Part shown: positions 29,336 to 42,270 of the stretch, piece by piece
Position numbering within the stretch: position 1 is the first letter of the stretch
Layout: each line of letters begins with the position of its first letter
Assembly (NCBI GenBank): GCA_964057225.1
Contig: OZ059900.1
Span: 10,664,001-10,728,000 of the forward strand
DNA from: Auanema rhodensis
Taxonomy: Eukaryota > Animalia > Nematoda
DNA: 64,000 nucleotides
Direction: 5' to 3'
Made by a program: the position numbers and the translations under genes
The notes under the pieces: generated by a model
Seen by the model: the letters and a program-made list of their open reading frames with translations, nothing else
What the model was told of the DNA's origin: nothing
Databases searched by the model: none

Positions 29336-29624
29336 CGTGTGCAATTTCACATTGAGAAAAAATAAAATAATAATAACAAGAATGAAATTTTTTTTAAACA
29401 CATTTTTCCACTTCTTCACTTTATCCGTGTTTTCTTTCCTTCTAATAATAAATTCAAATATTGCATACTATATCAAAAATTAAAATTCTTATTTTGATTA
29501 TGAAGAAAGATTCTTATTTTTTTTTCATTATTGTTACGAAATCAAGAAAATATTTAGTCGAATTTGCTTTTTCTATTGTCTTCAGAGAAGTATATTGAGT
29601 ATGAAGAAAATGTTTGTATAATCT

Positions 29625-29988
29625 ATGCGTGTTCTTTCATATGAAATACCAAAGATTGTATAGTTACTACTAATTGCCTTAAATATTGTTCACAAAATAA
29701 TCATTTGTCACTTTGATAGCAATAAATATAACTGAATACGAATTCCCATTTGTAGATATAAACCAAAAAATTGAGAAGATCCGCAGAAGTGATGTCGCTC
29801 CAGTAAGTTGGAAATTTGTGAACTCCGTTGTTGGTCTCATTCACTACCAGTCTGAGCATATTGGACGTGATGAACAAGATCCAGAATTCGAATGGTGTTG
29901 GAGAGTTTCCAATCCTAGATTTACTAGGTTTAATGCTGTTCGCGGTAAACTTAAAGCAGTCGTTCTTGAACAAAGTACGGATGAGTAG
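29625..29988 (+). CDS. Short protein of unknown function (putative two-exon gene)
   Basis: The open frame 29713-29988 has protein-like composition (EYEFPFVDINQKIEKIRRSDVAPVSWKFVN...FEWCWRVSNPRF) and higher GC than its flanks. Acceptor tgatag at ~29719. A possible micro-exon ATG-C at 29625-29628 would give MPINITEY; the start is uncertain. Confidence 0.45.
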
Positions 29989-30868
29989 TCTTAATAATTG
30001 AATGAGAAAAAATAAATATTTGAATAAGTGAAACTAAAAGACGAGAGAAATTTGAAGACTGGAAATAAAACAGTTAAAAAATTCGTAAATGTAAAAAGTG
30101 AATTGAAAACTAAATAATAGAGAAAACCCAGGTAAAATACATAAAAGTATCGAAATTAAAAAAAAATAGCCGACACAGTGCTGATGGCTGAAACTCATGT
30201 TATAAATTATAAAATAATATGTGACGATATCGCATATTTGAGATGGCATAACATTAAAAATAATAGAATCTATTACTCAAAATTTTAGGCATGTGAAGAG
30301 TGATATCTTTTCTTTCGTTCAACTTGATATTTAATTACAGTAAGTTTTATTTTAAACGTACAGCATACTTTAAACATAAATAAATTATGTTTAAAATATG
30401 TTGTACGTTCAAAATTGAAAAAAAAACCTTTCTTAGATTGTTTCCGTGTAGTTTATCTATGTAATATGGAAAGTAACACGTAAAATCGATTAAAATTTTT
30501 TTTTGAACATAATTAACCAACCGTGACCCTGCATTGGATCACGTCCTCTTGAATGTGTTGATCTCCAACATTATGTGGCCGATAATAACTGTTTAATATA
30601 CAATATATATAAGTATGTAAACTCAGTATTTATGAAATTGTAAGCAGATACTTGCCAATTATTAAAACACAGTCGTAATAGTAGAGATTCAATAATTTGA
30701 AGTATGAACAAAAATATGACAGAATCAGATAGTACTGATAGAAATAAAGTATAAAAGCAATGCCAGTGACCCAGTTTTGTTTTCCATACACATATTATGA
30801 GAAAAGGATATCTTATGATACGAGTAAATATAAAAAAACATATGAACGACACATCCGAAACAATCTGC

Positions 30869-33323
30869 TCAAAACGCTTCTTTTATCTGCTCAAATGGCT
30901 TTAACGCCAAGTCAACGGGTACGCATACATTATATTTATGCAAACTTTCAAATAATGAATTGAGTTCATCACATCCTATAATTATATATTTTTACGGTGC
31001 TTGGTAATACTCACTCATACCTGTACGTGCTACATAGCTATAAGTGTAATAACAGTTTTCAACAATCTGCCGTGTGCGAAACATAATTCTGAACCAACAA
31101 ACGTTATATTAGGAGATATTTGTTCTACAAACCTAATCCATGATGGCAATTTTTTTAAATTCAATGCAGCTGATATGAATGCTTTCCACTGTGAATCTTT
31201 TGACCTTCTAAGTTTTGTGTGGGTGGAAATTATCTCTTCAATTGTTGCTAGTAACTGCTGCAAAATTAAAAAAGTTACACCAAAAGTTAAAAAATATATT
31301 GTCAAACTTCTTTCGATGTCATTGATCTGCCAGCTATAATATCCAGTCCAAACGTTTGGGACAGTCTCGGAACTGCGCCAATACGATCATCTCCATTATT
31401 CAACTCGTAAAAATAGGTTATAACATCCCATACATGTTTCAAATCAGTTGGTTTTGCTAAATCTGTATAAATTGTTTAAATGATAATTTTGTATCATTTG
31501 AGTCATACTTTGTTTTCGATTCCGAGATGAGAAGCATCCAAATGCTGAATTCGAGCCAGGAATCAGACAAACGGGTCTCATTCCGTGTTCTAGCAAAGCT
31601 TTCAAAGTAGGAGCTAGTCGTTTACGTACAATTGCTACCACTTCTTCTTGAGATTGTTTGAAAATGCTCTGAAATTTGAATGCAATATTTATTTATTTAA
31701 TCGTATATTGAATAAGAATCAGTCAACAAAAAAAAGAAACAAAGTTGCATCAAGTTACCTCATCATTAGAAGATGTTAACTGCTCTTCGTCGTTTAGGGG
31801 ATTTTCGATAATTAACAGTGTGTATTTTTCAAGAACTTTTTCATAATCATGAACAGCTAGCTCGAGATGAGCTCTCTCATCCCTTAAAAAAATTATTTTT
31901 AAAATTCAAGTCATTTTTCAATTTTTTTATTATTAAGCATTGAATTAGGACGTGTTTCTCAATGATTTCGTTATAACTAACTTTTCAATGCAATAACATG
32001 AATGGTAAAAAATAAGAATTTATCAGAATATACCTAGTTTGCTCATTTTCAAATATTTAAAACATTCAAAAACCATATTACTTTTGTCATTTTTTATTCA
32101 AGTTGTTTAAAACACTTACCCATAATGATTGTAGCCTGAGCTGTGTTTCAATTGATTTTTCTGAAATTTCTTAGAGCCAAAAGGACCAAATCCAAATAAA
32201 GTCGACTGTTTTTTTTCAGGCGAATAATTGTATTTGAAACTTTTCGCCTGAAAATTTTTTAAATAGACATAATCTGCGTATAATATTATTACTGGTGAAG
32301 AACCATTTGTTTCAGATATATTGTTCAATGCCTCATTTTGTAAAACATTGACAAACCGTTCCAAATCCACGATTTGAATTTGTAATTGTTCTACAAGTTC
32401 CTGTTTTTCTTTGAATGGATTCATAAACTATAATATAATACGGTCACATATTCTTATTTCGAAACTGCCTGATACTTCACGTATTGCTTCATCAGCATGC
32501 ATTTGAATTTCCGAGCTGCTCAAATCACTGATTTCCAAGCTTAGTTTCATTTTTTCATTCAATTTTTCTAATGCACTTTTCTATAAGTTCATAATAAAAC
32601 GTTAGGTTATCTAGTTAATAATTCACCTGCTTTTTGATTATATTTCTATTATTCGTTTTACCTTCCTGTTCAGCTTGTTTTTCCAGTTCTTCTAATTTAT
32701 CTCTCATACTATTGATCAGCGTACTTTGCCTGTAATAATATACTATTAAAATTTAATCAAAAGGGCTAATAAAAATAAAAATACATAGCAAATTCTGAAA
32801 ACATGATTAATACCTTTCTAAAATTTTTCTACTTTTGGCTCCATCTTCCTCTTTTTGCATTTGTTCAAATTCGTTAACTCCTTTAAATGCATAATCGTGT
32901 AAATCTTGAAGCAAATCCTGAAATAATAGGATAATATGTGTAATATTATATAAGAATTACTTCTTTAGTTTTTCCATCTGAGTTGGCAATTTGACGCAAT
33001 CGAAACTGTACTTGGGCGAATTGTGAAGATAAAAGTAAAAGGGAATTATTTAGACTTTGATGTTCCTCTTGAAGTTCTTTCAATGGATTATATCTATAAT
33101 TTTAAGATTACTTAATCTTAAAAAAAACACTTATTTCATATATTAATTCAGATTATATTTTAAAACTTCAATACTAACCTACAGGAAAGAATATCTTCTA
33201 ATGGCATTTCATCTTCTTCATTACTAGCTTAAAAAAGTGCGTATTTATACAAACAAAATTACATTGCAAACCTTCTAAATAAGTATCATGATCTTGTTCT
33301 ATTGATTCTTCCTCAAAAGACAT
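30869..33323 (-). CDS. rund-1: RUN domain-containing protein 1 (RUNDC1/RUND-1; RAB-2 effector)
   Basis: Exons give LLLLSSQFAQVQFRLRQIAN, NPFKEKQELVEQLQIQIVDLERFV, VRKRLAPTLKALLEHGM, WKAFISAALNLKKLPSWIR and YSYVARTG. The C-terminus VPVDLALKPFEQIKEAF* matches the RUNDC1 family ending. ATG 33323, TGA 30871-30869. Confidence 0.9.
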
Positions 33324-34371
33324 TAGGAATACTAATACCTATGAGAGAAATTATATATATTTATAAGTAATTAATACAAGGGCATGTGATTTATGGTTAA
33401 AAAGGCAACTGAAAAACTATAAGAACAAAATATCGAATACTTATGAATATACTATATATGAATGCACCGAGCTACACATGCCAGCTCAGGCCAATCGATA
33501 CAGCGCTTTGCGGCACACTGCAGCATTGATTATTTCTCCTTTAATGTCTCTAGCCAGTCTATGCAGCTCTGAACTAAAAGAGCTACACAAATACTAATGT
33601 CTTAAACAGTACTAATAAAACATTATGTATTCATAAAACATTATTGAGTATATTAGTTAGAGGTATTTATATTTTTTCAGCATAAAATTGTTTAAATCTA
33701 AAGTTGCACATAGAATAAGAAGGTTATACATGCCATTAATTCATGGCTACATTAGTTTCATTTATGAAACGTGCACAAATATACTTTAATGATTTATGAT
33801 ATATCTTAGAACAATCTTTAAACTTCTTTAATAATAGATGCAATGAATGCATATTGCTAAACTTTAAACAACAGCGGAAAAAATTAGAAACTTGTCGAGA
33901 GTTTTCGTTAGATTGAACAAAATGCTTTTCTTATTACATGAATACTGAATATTGTCTATTTCAGAATAACAACTGGAAGCCTAAATAATGTTTTGAAATA
34001 AAATGTCTTTAATAAAGCTTCAAAACATTCAATTTATCAATTCAGTAATTATGTCCATAATTTGGATAGATTCTCATTTTATTTGGATAGAGAAAATATT
34101 TTTAGAAACCACAACGCGTCTCATTATACCATTAAGAAACGTTCTTATTTGGTATTAATGAAATCAAGAAGCAGTTTATCTAATTTGAACAATTTTGCGA
34201 ATTATAATTATAGAACTTCGTTTAATTTCAATTATTTATTTTTAGATACAATGAATAATAATTACATTTATAAAAATAAAGTTTTGATACAAATCTTCAC
34301 TGCTTTTAGAAGTGAAAAATTATCAAACGTTGTTATCGTCAACAGTTTTTGTTATATATAGATTATTCTTT

Positions 34372-35166
34372 TCATAGATTATTGCGGGGAACTTTACGGG
34401 CACGTAAGCCGGACTGATTGCAGAGCATGATCTGGTCCCATTTCGCTAAACAGACAACAAGATCCTTTCGCAAGCTTTTCACTCCCCAGAATCGGCGAGG
34501 ATTAGACTAAAGTTTTGTATGAATGGTTGAATATTATTTAATGCAATTACTTGTGGTTGACACATTTCCAAGCACTGAGCTCCAATATCAGCTATTCCGT
34601 TGGATCTACAGCATTCTGTATTGTCATGAGTTTGTGCAGCGCAGTGTACAATAGAAGGTAAATACTTATAAAGTCGGCAACGTGAGGGTTGAATGGCATG
34701 CATCAGCTAAAAAAATTAATTGATGAGAAGTAGAGCTATGTAACGAAATACAAAACAAATCTTGATACAACTTACCACAACACGCGATTCTATAGGATTT
34801 GTTTCATAAGCGCAAAGACCACGACACTCAGGTGGCACAAATCTTTCACAGCATGAAGCAAACACCTACAAAAATTATTTCTATCAAATTATATCTTTAT
34901 TTCTAAATGCAGACCTGATCAGCAACTTTGCGTTCAATACATGGTTTCCATTTTGTATTTTCTGTTCCACAATTCTAAAAGTTGTTGTATAGAAAATGTT
35001 GTTAAAAAGCAAATATGGATATTTTACTAGAACAAGTAAACAAGAAGCAAAAAAATATTTAATTATAGTATGAAAAGCATAAACCTACTCCTGGGTTATC
35101 AAATTCTGGGGTTGTTTCTTGTGCGTAACATAGTCCTATTACTACGATTATAAAAAAATAGAACAT
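34372..35166 (-). CDS. Secreted DB-module cysteine-rich protein
   Basis: Signal peptide MFYFFIIVVIGLCYA. Exons NCGTENTKWKPCIERKVADQ / VFASCCERFVPPECRGLCAYE / CAAQTHDNTECCRSNGI..CLEMCQP / CLAKWDQIMLCNQSGL. The DNTxCC motif is typical of DB modules. Confidence 0.88.
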
Positions 35167-35384
35167 TTCTGAAAATACTGTAGTTGAATTTTAGAATATT
35201 CTTATTAAGGCATTGATGTGAACAAAAAGTTGGACAAGAAAAGCTTGATGAATAAAATAGGCAACTATAGAAACAAAGAAGCAGAAAGATGAAACAGGAA
35301 GACTGAAAATGTGCGACTTTCTATTCTTTCTCTCAGTTCTTCATCAACATCATCTTCATACTATCCCTGTCTTTATTGTCCACT

Positions 35385-35499
35385 TCTTTTTCTCCTCTTT
35401 CTCCTCCTCGTTCTGCTTCTTCTTTTTCTTCTCCTCCTCGTTCTTCTTCTTATTCTTCTTCTTCTTCTTCTTCTTCTCCTCCTCCTCCTCCTCCTTCTT

Positions 35500-35530
<31 letters not shown>

Positions 35531-35635
35531 TTCTTCTTCTACTTCTTCTTCTTTTTCTTTTTCTTTTTCTTTTTCTTCTTCTTTTTCTTTTTCTTCTTCT
35601 TCTTCTTCTTCTTCTTCTTCTTCTTCTTCTTCTCC
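35385..35635. repeat. Compound (TCT)n/(CCT)n/(TTTTTC)n pyrimidine-rich simple repeat
   Basis: Directly visible ~250-bp polypyrimidine trinucleotide/hexanucleotide tract. Confidence 0.95.
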
Positions 35636-36315
35636 TTATTCGTCTTCTGATTCTACTGGCCGATTAGACATGTAACTAATGATACGTGGAACAAGCCGTT
35701 AAAGATAGAGAAACAGAAAGACCGACATGGACGATTCGTATGAACCGGATTGCAGTCAAAGTCACTTTGCAAAAGAGAAAAAGAAAGGACTCAATACAGA
35801 GAATGTGAATGCATGAGAAATAGAGATCTAAGACCTATGCAGAGAGAGAAGTACAGAGGTACAACAGATAGCAAGACAATCGACAATACAAATCTTTCGG
35901 AATCAAAAACAGGATATCCCAGGACAATATAAAGATTTAGTGAATTGTCATCGATAGACAACATTGATTAGAAAAATTGGTCATAAAAAGAGAAAATATG
36001 TATTTACCATTGATTAAGTTGATAATATTAGAGGAATAAATGAGAGATAAACGGTAAATGTAGCTCGAATTAAAAATTATGATAGAAAAAGTAATGTTAA
36101 TGCATGTTATATAAAAAAATAAATAATTTTCTTCAAACTTTCTCTTCAAACGAAAATTTGTTATTTTTCAAAACTTCACACAATAGTATTTGAATCAGAA
36201 TTTATTGAAAAATATAAAAATTTATTTTAACTGATTATTACAATATTTCTTTTATACAATGGAAATATGATAACAATTCAAGTAAATGCAATAATACTAT
36301 AAAACATAATAAACA

Positions 36316-37044
36316 CTAAACAATTTTGTTCTGGCATCCAACATGATCAATTATGATAACTTCATTGGATTCATGATACATCCATTGTCCGATTTTGAAG
36401 TTGCATGTTAGAGCAATTCTAGAATTCGTCCCATTCTTGCCGAAAACCTGTAAACAGTATAATAATGCATAATAGATAAAAAGCAAAAATGAGTTTATTT
36501 TGAAAATTATAGAAAACAAACAAAACTTGGCTTCTTGTTCACTAAATCTTTTTAATACATACCTTATTATTGCCATTTACAGTTATGACAGTTGTAAGCA
36601 AACTTCCTGGCTCGGACACGCTACAAATAAAAAGTGCCTGTTGTGGGCAATCACGTAACTCCGGATCGAATACAGCATGTCCTTCACTTGTATTATCCAA
36701 AATATTTATTGGGCAACATGATTCTTGAAGCAGAAAAAAATTATAAAAAATTAAGAATTTAAAAAAAATGATAAGCTAGTTCAGTAGTTCCACAAAGATC
36801 CGTTTATCATCTCAATGCATAGTATATATAGTACATAGTAATGCTTTATACTTTGAAAAGATAGTATGAGTTTCATTTATGATTTCAAAGTAATAAAGAA
36901 GGAAAAGTATTTGAGCAGTATTGGTGTTTTAAAACTATGAAAATATTCACCTTTATTATCAATTGGTGGCGTACTTATTGTAGGAACACATGGAATCGCA
37001 CTAGGAACAACGAACAGAATGAGAAATATGAATAAGTTTAACAT
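36316..37044 (-). CDS. Small secreted C6-domain-like protein, 3 exons
   Basis: Signal peptide MLNLFIFLILFVVPSAIP-CVPT. Exon 2 reads ESCCPINILDNTSEGHAVFDPELRDCPQQALFICS; exon 3 reads IALTCNFKIGQWMY...IDHVGC. The Cys/Trp pattern resembles the nematode C6 domain. Confidence 0.75.
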
Positions 37045-38184
37045 ATTGTTCACTTGAACAAGATGAATTAACTATATTTCAATCTTTTCTTTATATACTA
37101 ATTTTAATTGAATTATATATTCCTGCATTTCGTTTTTAGTTCAAAATGCAATTTCAAATAACTATCCCAACCAATTAGATGATAATTACAACATTTAAAT
37201 ATAGTTTCTCCTTCTTATAATTCATAGGAAATTAACACCACTAGTTCTTCCATTAGTTCATATTATAACTGTTAAAGCTATTATTTTATGACTATTAACA
37301 AGAATGACGACAAAAAAAAGTTGAAAACCCTCTTTGTGACGCAATAAAGTATATTTTAAAAGCAAGAAAACGCTTTGATCTTAATTTTAATTAGATATTA
37401 AATGAGCTTTAAATTTAAAATTGTACATCAAAAATCGTTTTTATTTTTTTTTAAATCAAATCTTTGTACGCAATAGGAAAAATAAGTTTGCTATATTGCA
37501 TATAAAGTTTACCTGAATTTTCCACATACACTATAACTATATTTTCCAATTACATTGTTCTAAAGCCTTTCCGTTCATATTAAAAATGGAATTTCAAAAT
37601 TCGTAATATTCTTTTTTGAATTGGAAACAGGACAAATTATTTTCTTTCAAAAGATCTTGTATATCTTCTTCCACTGTCTTCCACTTTTTATGTTTGAGCT
37701 CATCAGGTATTCTTAGGATCCTTAGTGAGTAAGTCTAGCATATATATCTCAATCACATGTAAAACAGAAAAAAAGAACAAGAAACATTTTTTTGAACTTA
37801 AAAACTCATATTAGAGTTATGATTCTATCAAATTATGAGCTTTAAAATACATATTATGTTGTGTTTTTGCAGATGTGTTGACAGAGGTCTGCTTTTTATT
37901 ATTTGTTTTTTTGAAAATGTTGAATCTTTTAATGTATCAATGGCCGTTACTTCTGCTAATCATCCATATTTTATTAACATAATGTACTTTATTAGAATAC
38001 TTTTTTTGACTTCGCTTAAGTAGGGACTGTGTACAAGATTTTGAAAAAGGTTGCTAATTGTTTTAGGAATATATTTGTATATAAAAGCAACAAAAAGTAC
38101 ATTTGGCATACATATTATTTTAAAATATAAATCAGTCGTGTAGTTACAATTTGTTCTTTGAGTCCTGCGTCTGTTTTCATTTGG

Positions 38185-39053
38185 TTAGCCAACACGTGCC
38201 ATATACATAAATGCTCGCTTGCCCACGCGAGCAACAAACAGTCGCTTTGCCCGATCGTTATCGCCTATACTCTCGGATTCTAATTTCCTGAAAAAATCAG
38301 TTTTGATAATAGCAGCTAACACATACGGAAAGATACTTTTTGAAACTACACAAAATTCATTTCAATATTAGCCCCAGGATTCGATAACAATTTTTTTTGA
38401 ATGAAAACAATTCCAGTTTTTTTTGCTACTTGGAACCAAAAAGTTTTCTTTACTAGATTAAGGTTTTACACTATATGAATCAATAATAAACTATACAAAA
38501 GTATGTTGTGTTAATCTGTATTCAATTCTATATTATGCTTTTAATAACAATTTCAATAGATTCAATCAAAAACCATTTAACGACTATTTAATATATAATA
38601 AAAGAATATTAGTCAAACATGTAAGTATATGTATTTATATATAAAAATACTTTTTTCATGAATAGGTTGTAGAAGTAAGTGTGAACACAACTAATTGCCC
38701 CCCCCCCCCTCTTTAGAGTGTTGTTTTCAACAGAAATATATGTGATCAGTTGAATCACTTTTTGAATTTATAAGCACAAATAGCAATTTTCACATTTTTC
38801 ATAATATTTGGGGATACTGTTTATTTTAAAACTTTATTTACCTGGTTGGAAATGATCGCTTGCCAACACGAGGGTATGGAACCAACAATGCAGCTTGAGG
38901 AGCTGTTCGAACAATTCGTTGATAATGAATTTCTGAATTGTCGATAAGAAAAATATGAAGTATATTAGATGCATTAAATTAATTTTAGCGCTTACCGCTG
39001 GAAATGCACGTTGCACAGACGAAGAAAATGCAGAATATTAGAAGTCGGTTCAT
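38185..39053 (-). CDS. capa-1: CAPA/PRXamide neuropeptide precursor (NLP-44/CAPA-1), 3 exons, 83 aa
   Basis: Exons 39053-38996, 38932-38842 and 38287-38185 splice in frame (252 nt): MNRLLIFCIFFVCATCISSEIHYQRIVRTAPQAALLVPYPRVGKRSFPTRKLESESIGDNDRAKRLFVARVGKRAFMYMARVG*. ALLVPYPRVG and LxxARVG match the C. elegans NLP-44 peptides; signal peptide and G-KR amidation sites are present. Confidence 0.93.
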
Positions 39054-39781
39054 CTTTTTATAAAAAAATTAACCGATTTGGTGTGAGCAAAATTCTATAT
39101 GGCAGCTTTTTAAAACTCAAATTTTTCTCGATTTGTTCAATGTTTGAATGGAATTCTTTCCTCCGCCCCTGGTAATTTCCGGTTTTATCAACTTCGCCCA
39201 AAGCCGTTTTGCCTCGTTGAGGAAATAAGATATCAAAAAAGCATATGAGCTCACTGACTAAAACCATGAGATTCCTATATTGCATATCCGGCATTTTACC
39301 TGAAACTGCCATTACATCATCAAAATTCTTATTAAACTAATCGATCTTTTTTCGATAGAACCGTTGGGACGGAAATGGAATAAGCGTGAGAAAACAATGA
39401 ACAGAGAGCTGAAAGTTATTAAAAGGAAGATTGATTGACGTAATATTACATGCCAATATAATGAAAACAATAAAAAATGAACTTCAAAATCTGAAACGAA
39501 TTTATTTCTTTGATTTGACAACAATACCATAGTCTTTCAAGTTTTTATCTCAAAAAGTACTGTTTGGTCGTGCTATTATGAAAGAAAAGGAAATATACTG
39601 CAACCTCAATTTTCGCGCAAAAGAACTGCTTTCGATTATAAAATTGAGTATAAGAGAAACATCGATTCACTAAAATGCAGATAACTGGCAAAAACTGATA
39701 ATCTGACCTACTTAAGAAACTTTCTTTATTATGTACATGATCTTATTCTCACGAAGCTGGTAACAGTAGTGATTATTCATT

Positions 39782-41582
39782 ATGGAACTTTTTTCACATC
39801 CTTTTTTTCTGAAACTATTATTTGTTTCTTGCATTGCCGCATCTATCCGCGAAACAGTAAATGGTGATTGCTTTTCAACGTTATCAATTTTTTGTAAAGT
39901 TAAATTGTAATTTAGCTGAGAATTATTATGGATTACCATTAGGCATAATACATGATGATATATTTGGCATCTCTGCAGACGTATATATAGCTGACCCACA
40001 TACTATTGTTCTTGCTAATTACGAGCAAGACAAGCATATTGACGGTATTTGCATAACATTTTTCATATTTAATGAACAAGATCTATTAAAGAATTTTCGG
40101 ATGTATCGCTAATGCTGTGGAAGGGTGAACCTGATGAGAACACTCAAGTATATTATATAAATTGCATATTTTATTTGTAAACTATAACAGAAACGAATCT
40201 AATGTTTCTATGTTCTTTATTCTCTTCGTTTTTTGTGAGCAAAATTTCATATTCAGGGTCGAGACCAGGGTGTTCTGCTATTACAAACAGATTGGGATGT
40301 ACCAGAGCGCATTAGAAAGATTAAACGAAGGTACAATATTCATCAAAATAGTTATAATTTCTTCATTGATTTGAATTAAGCGTACCAAGTGCCTCATTAG
40401 AAAAGGTTAATTCCACACAACTTAACAACGTGAGTATATTTAACTTATGGTTTTTCACATATTTGTATTTAAAGGAGCCAGCAAGAGAAAAAAACCAAAA
40501 TAAAAAAATTGTTTTGAACCAAGGGAACAGTAAAAGTCAAGGCAATTGATTTAAATTTTCTTCTCAGCAAATAATCAATTCAGCTATTTCCAGAAAAAAA
40601 AATTCAAATAAAAAGAAAGATCATATATATAAAGCAAGTTTATAATTTTCCTTATCACTTTTTGGTATATTAATCTTACAAACTTAAGAAAACAAAGAGC
40701 ATTTCTTAACAAAACTTCAACGGAAATCAAACAGTTGAACGTATGTCGTGTGCAGAACAAACAAAAACAAATATCAGTTTAGAGAAAAAAAAACCATAAT
40801 GTTCATATGCCAGACGAACGCGCTCCTGCTCTAACTACACTTCGGCGAGAAGGTGAGCAAAGAAATGTTTTTGTTCCCGATAAGCATATACAATATTTAA
40901 CAAAGTTGTTTTATTTTAGGAAATCTCTCTCCTATTTTCATCACCCCTCTTGAGAAAAAGACAATTGTGTTACTAGTACCAACTGAAAACAAAATTGAAG
41001 ACTATAACTGGCTGGGAATTTGGGAAGATAATTCGCAGGTTTTATTTCTATTGTGGTCGCATTCCTCATTCATTAATTAAATTAACAGAAATTTTATCCT
41101 CATATAAATGTAACTGGCATTGAAACGCCTAATGAAGAAGAAATAGGCCAATTACAATCCAAAGCAGATATAACTGGAACTGTTAGAATTTTGAATTGCA
41201 ACACGATACTTGTTCAAAACTTCTATTTCAACCCTAAATTTAATGAAAGTAAGAAAGGTTCAAAAATATTAATAAAAAGTAAAAACTTGCAATAGAAATG
41301 CGATTTTATGTCGGAGTGGGAGAAGAGCCTACTATATCAGCAAATCTGCGCTGTCACATACTAGGAATTACGAAGTAAGTTTTTAATTGAGAATGAATAA
41401 AAAAAACTACATTTTACAGCTCACAGTACATTGAACAAGCCAATGGAACCGATTTACTCATTCTACTCCCAGATACTCTTCGTACATTTGATATTGACTT
41501 CATGTATCTTGTTGACGAACTAACAAGAAGAATTCAAGCTTTTATACAAATTCCCAATGTATTAGTTCCTCCATGTGATTGA
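39782..41582 (+). CDS. Secreted DM13-domain protein (two DM13-like repeats), multi-exon
   Basis: Signal-like MELFSHPFFLKLLFVSCIAA, then ENYYGLPLGIIHDDIFGISADVYIADPHTIVL, IEDYNWLGIW, ITGTVRILNCNTILVQNFYF, MRFYVGVG and LLPDTLRTFDIDF, ending IPNVLVPPCD*. Middle exons are less certain. Confidence 0.78.
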
Positions 41583-41873
41583 GAAAACAACTGTGATTAT
41601 TCATTATGTAATATTTTTCCCTCGATATAAATTGTTATTTTAAATTTACGAGAGATTGCATGCATAATGCACATAAAGACTTATCTGATAAAACGGGAAA
41701 TATCTATGTTTAGAATATTTAACATCTCAGCTTTTATTGATCTCTTTCAAATTGCAACATCAAATAACGACAACACGATGGTGAGAATTTGTTTCAATAG
41801 GTGTTCGTAAGACATAAGAAAACAGGGCAGACATCAATTAGAATTGAACAATTTTCTTTTACAATGATTACTT

Positions 41874-42270
41874 CTATTTTCTACCGCCTGGAATGAAATG
41901 GAAATTGTCCCCGCCTTGAGGTGATGCCATGTATTCAGCTAACGAAAGTCCCATTGAAGCTGGAATGAAAAAATAAATTATTTTCCATGATTCTTGCATA
42001 ATGAGCATGACCAATAGCATTTCAAATTTTGAAAAAAAAAACGTACGACTTCGCTTCGCTTTTAACATGACCATTCTATAAACTCTCGATAGCACAGGTT
42101 CAAGGTTTTCATATTCAGACTGAAAAAAAATTTTTTGAACTAAATTCTTTGACATAAAATGAAATAGTTATAGATCGAATCATATTGAAAATATTATTTA
42201 CTTCAGTCCAAGAATAAACGTTGACTAAGCACGCCAATAAAACGAGAGACATCAACAGCCGGTTCTGCAT
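41874..42270 (-). CDS. nlp-49: NLP-49 neuropeptide precursor (SEB-3 ligand), 3 exons, 75 aa
   Basis: Exons 42270-42202, 42119-42047 and 41959-41874 splice in frame (228 nt): MQNRLLMSLVLLACLVNVYSWTESEYENLEPVLSRVYRMVMLKAKR-SPSMGLSLAEYMASPQGGDNFHFIPGG-RK*. The mature peptide is nearly identical to the C. elegans NLP-49 peptide SPSMGLSLAEYMASPQGGDNFHFMPS-amide as I recall it. Confidence 0.92.

Noticed and set aside
29701-29973. Minus-strand 90-aa ORF as a rund-1 terminal exon
   Set aside because: rund-1 already ends with the family-typical IKEAF* at 30869; this ORF is the antisense shadow of the + strand ORF.
35309-35675. Poly-F, poly-L and poly-S ORFs
   Set aside because: These are translations of the (TCT)n simple repeat in all three frames.
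37510-37740. Minus-strand protein-like fragment LRIPDELKHKKWKTVEEDIQDLLKENN
   Set aside because: In-frame stops, no start or exon chain, no recognisable family; at most an unassignable relic.
39058-39312. 84-aa minus ORF upstream of capa-1
   Set aside because: No homology recognised and no convincing splice to capa-1, which has its own ATG and signal peptide at 39053.
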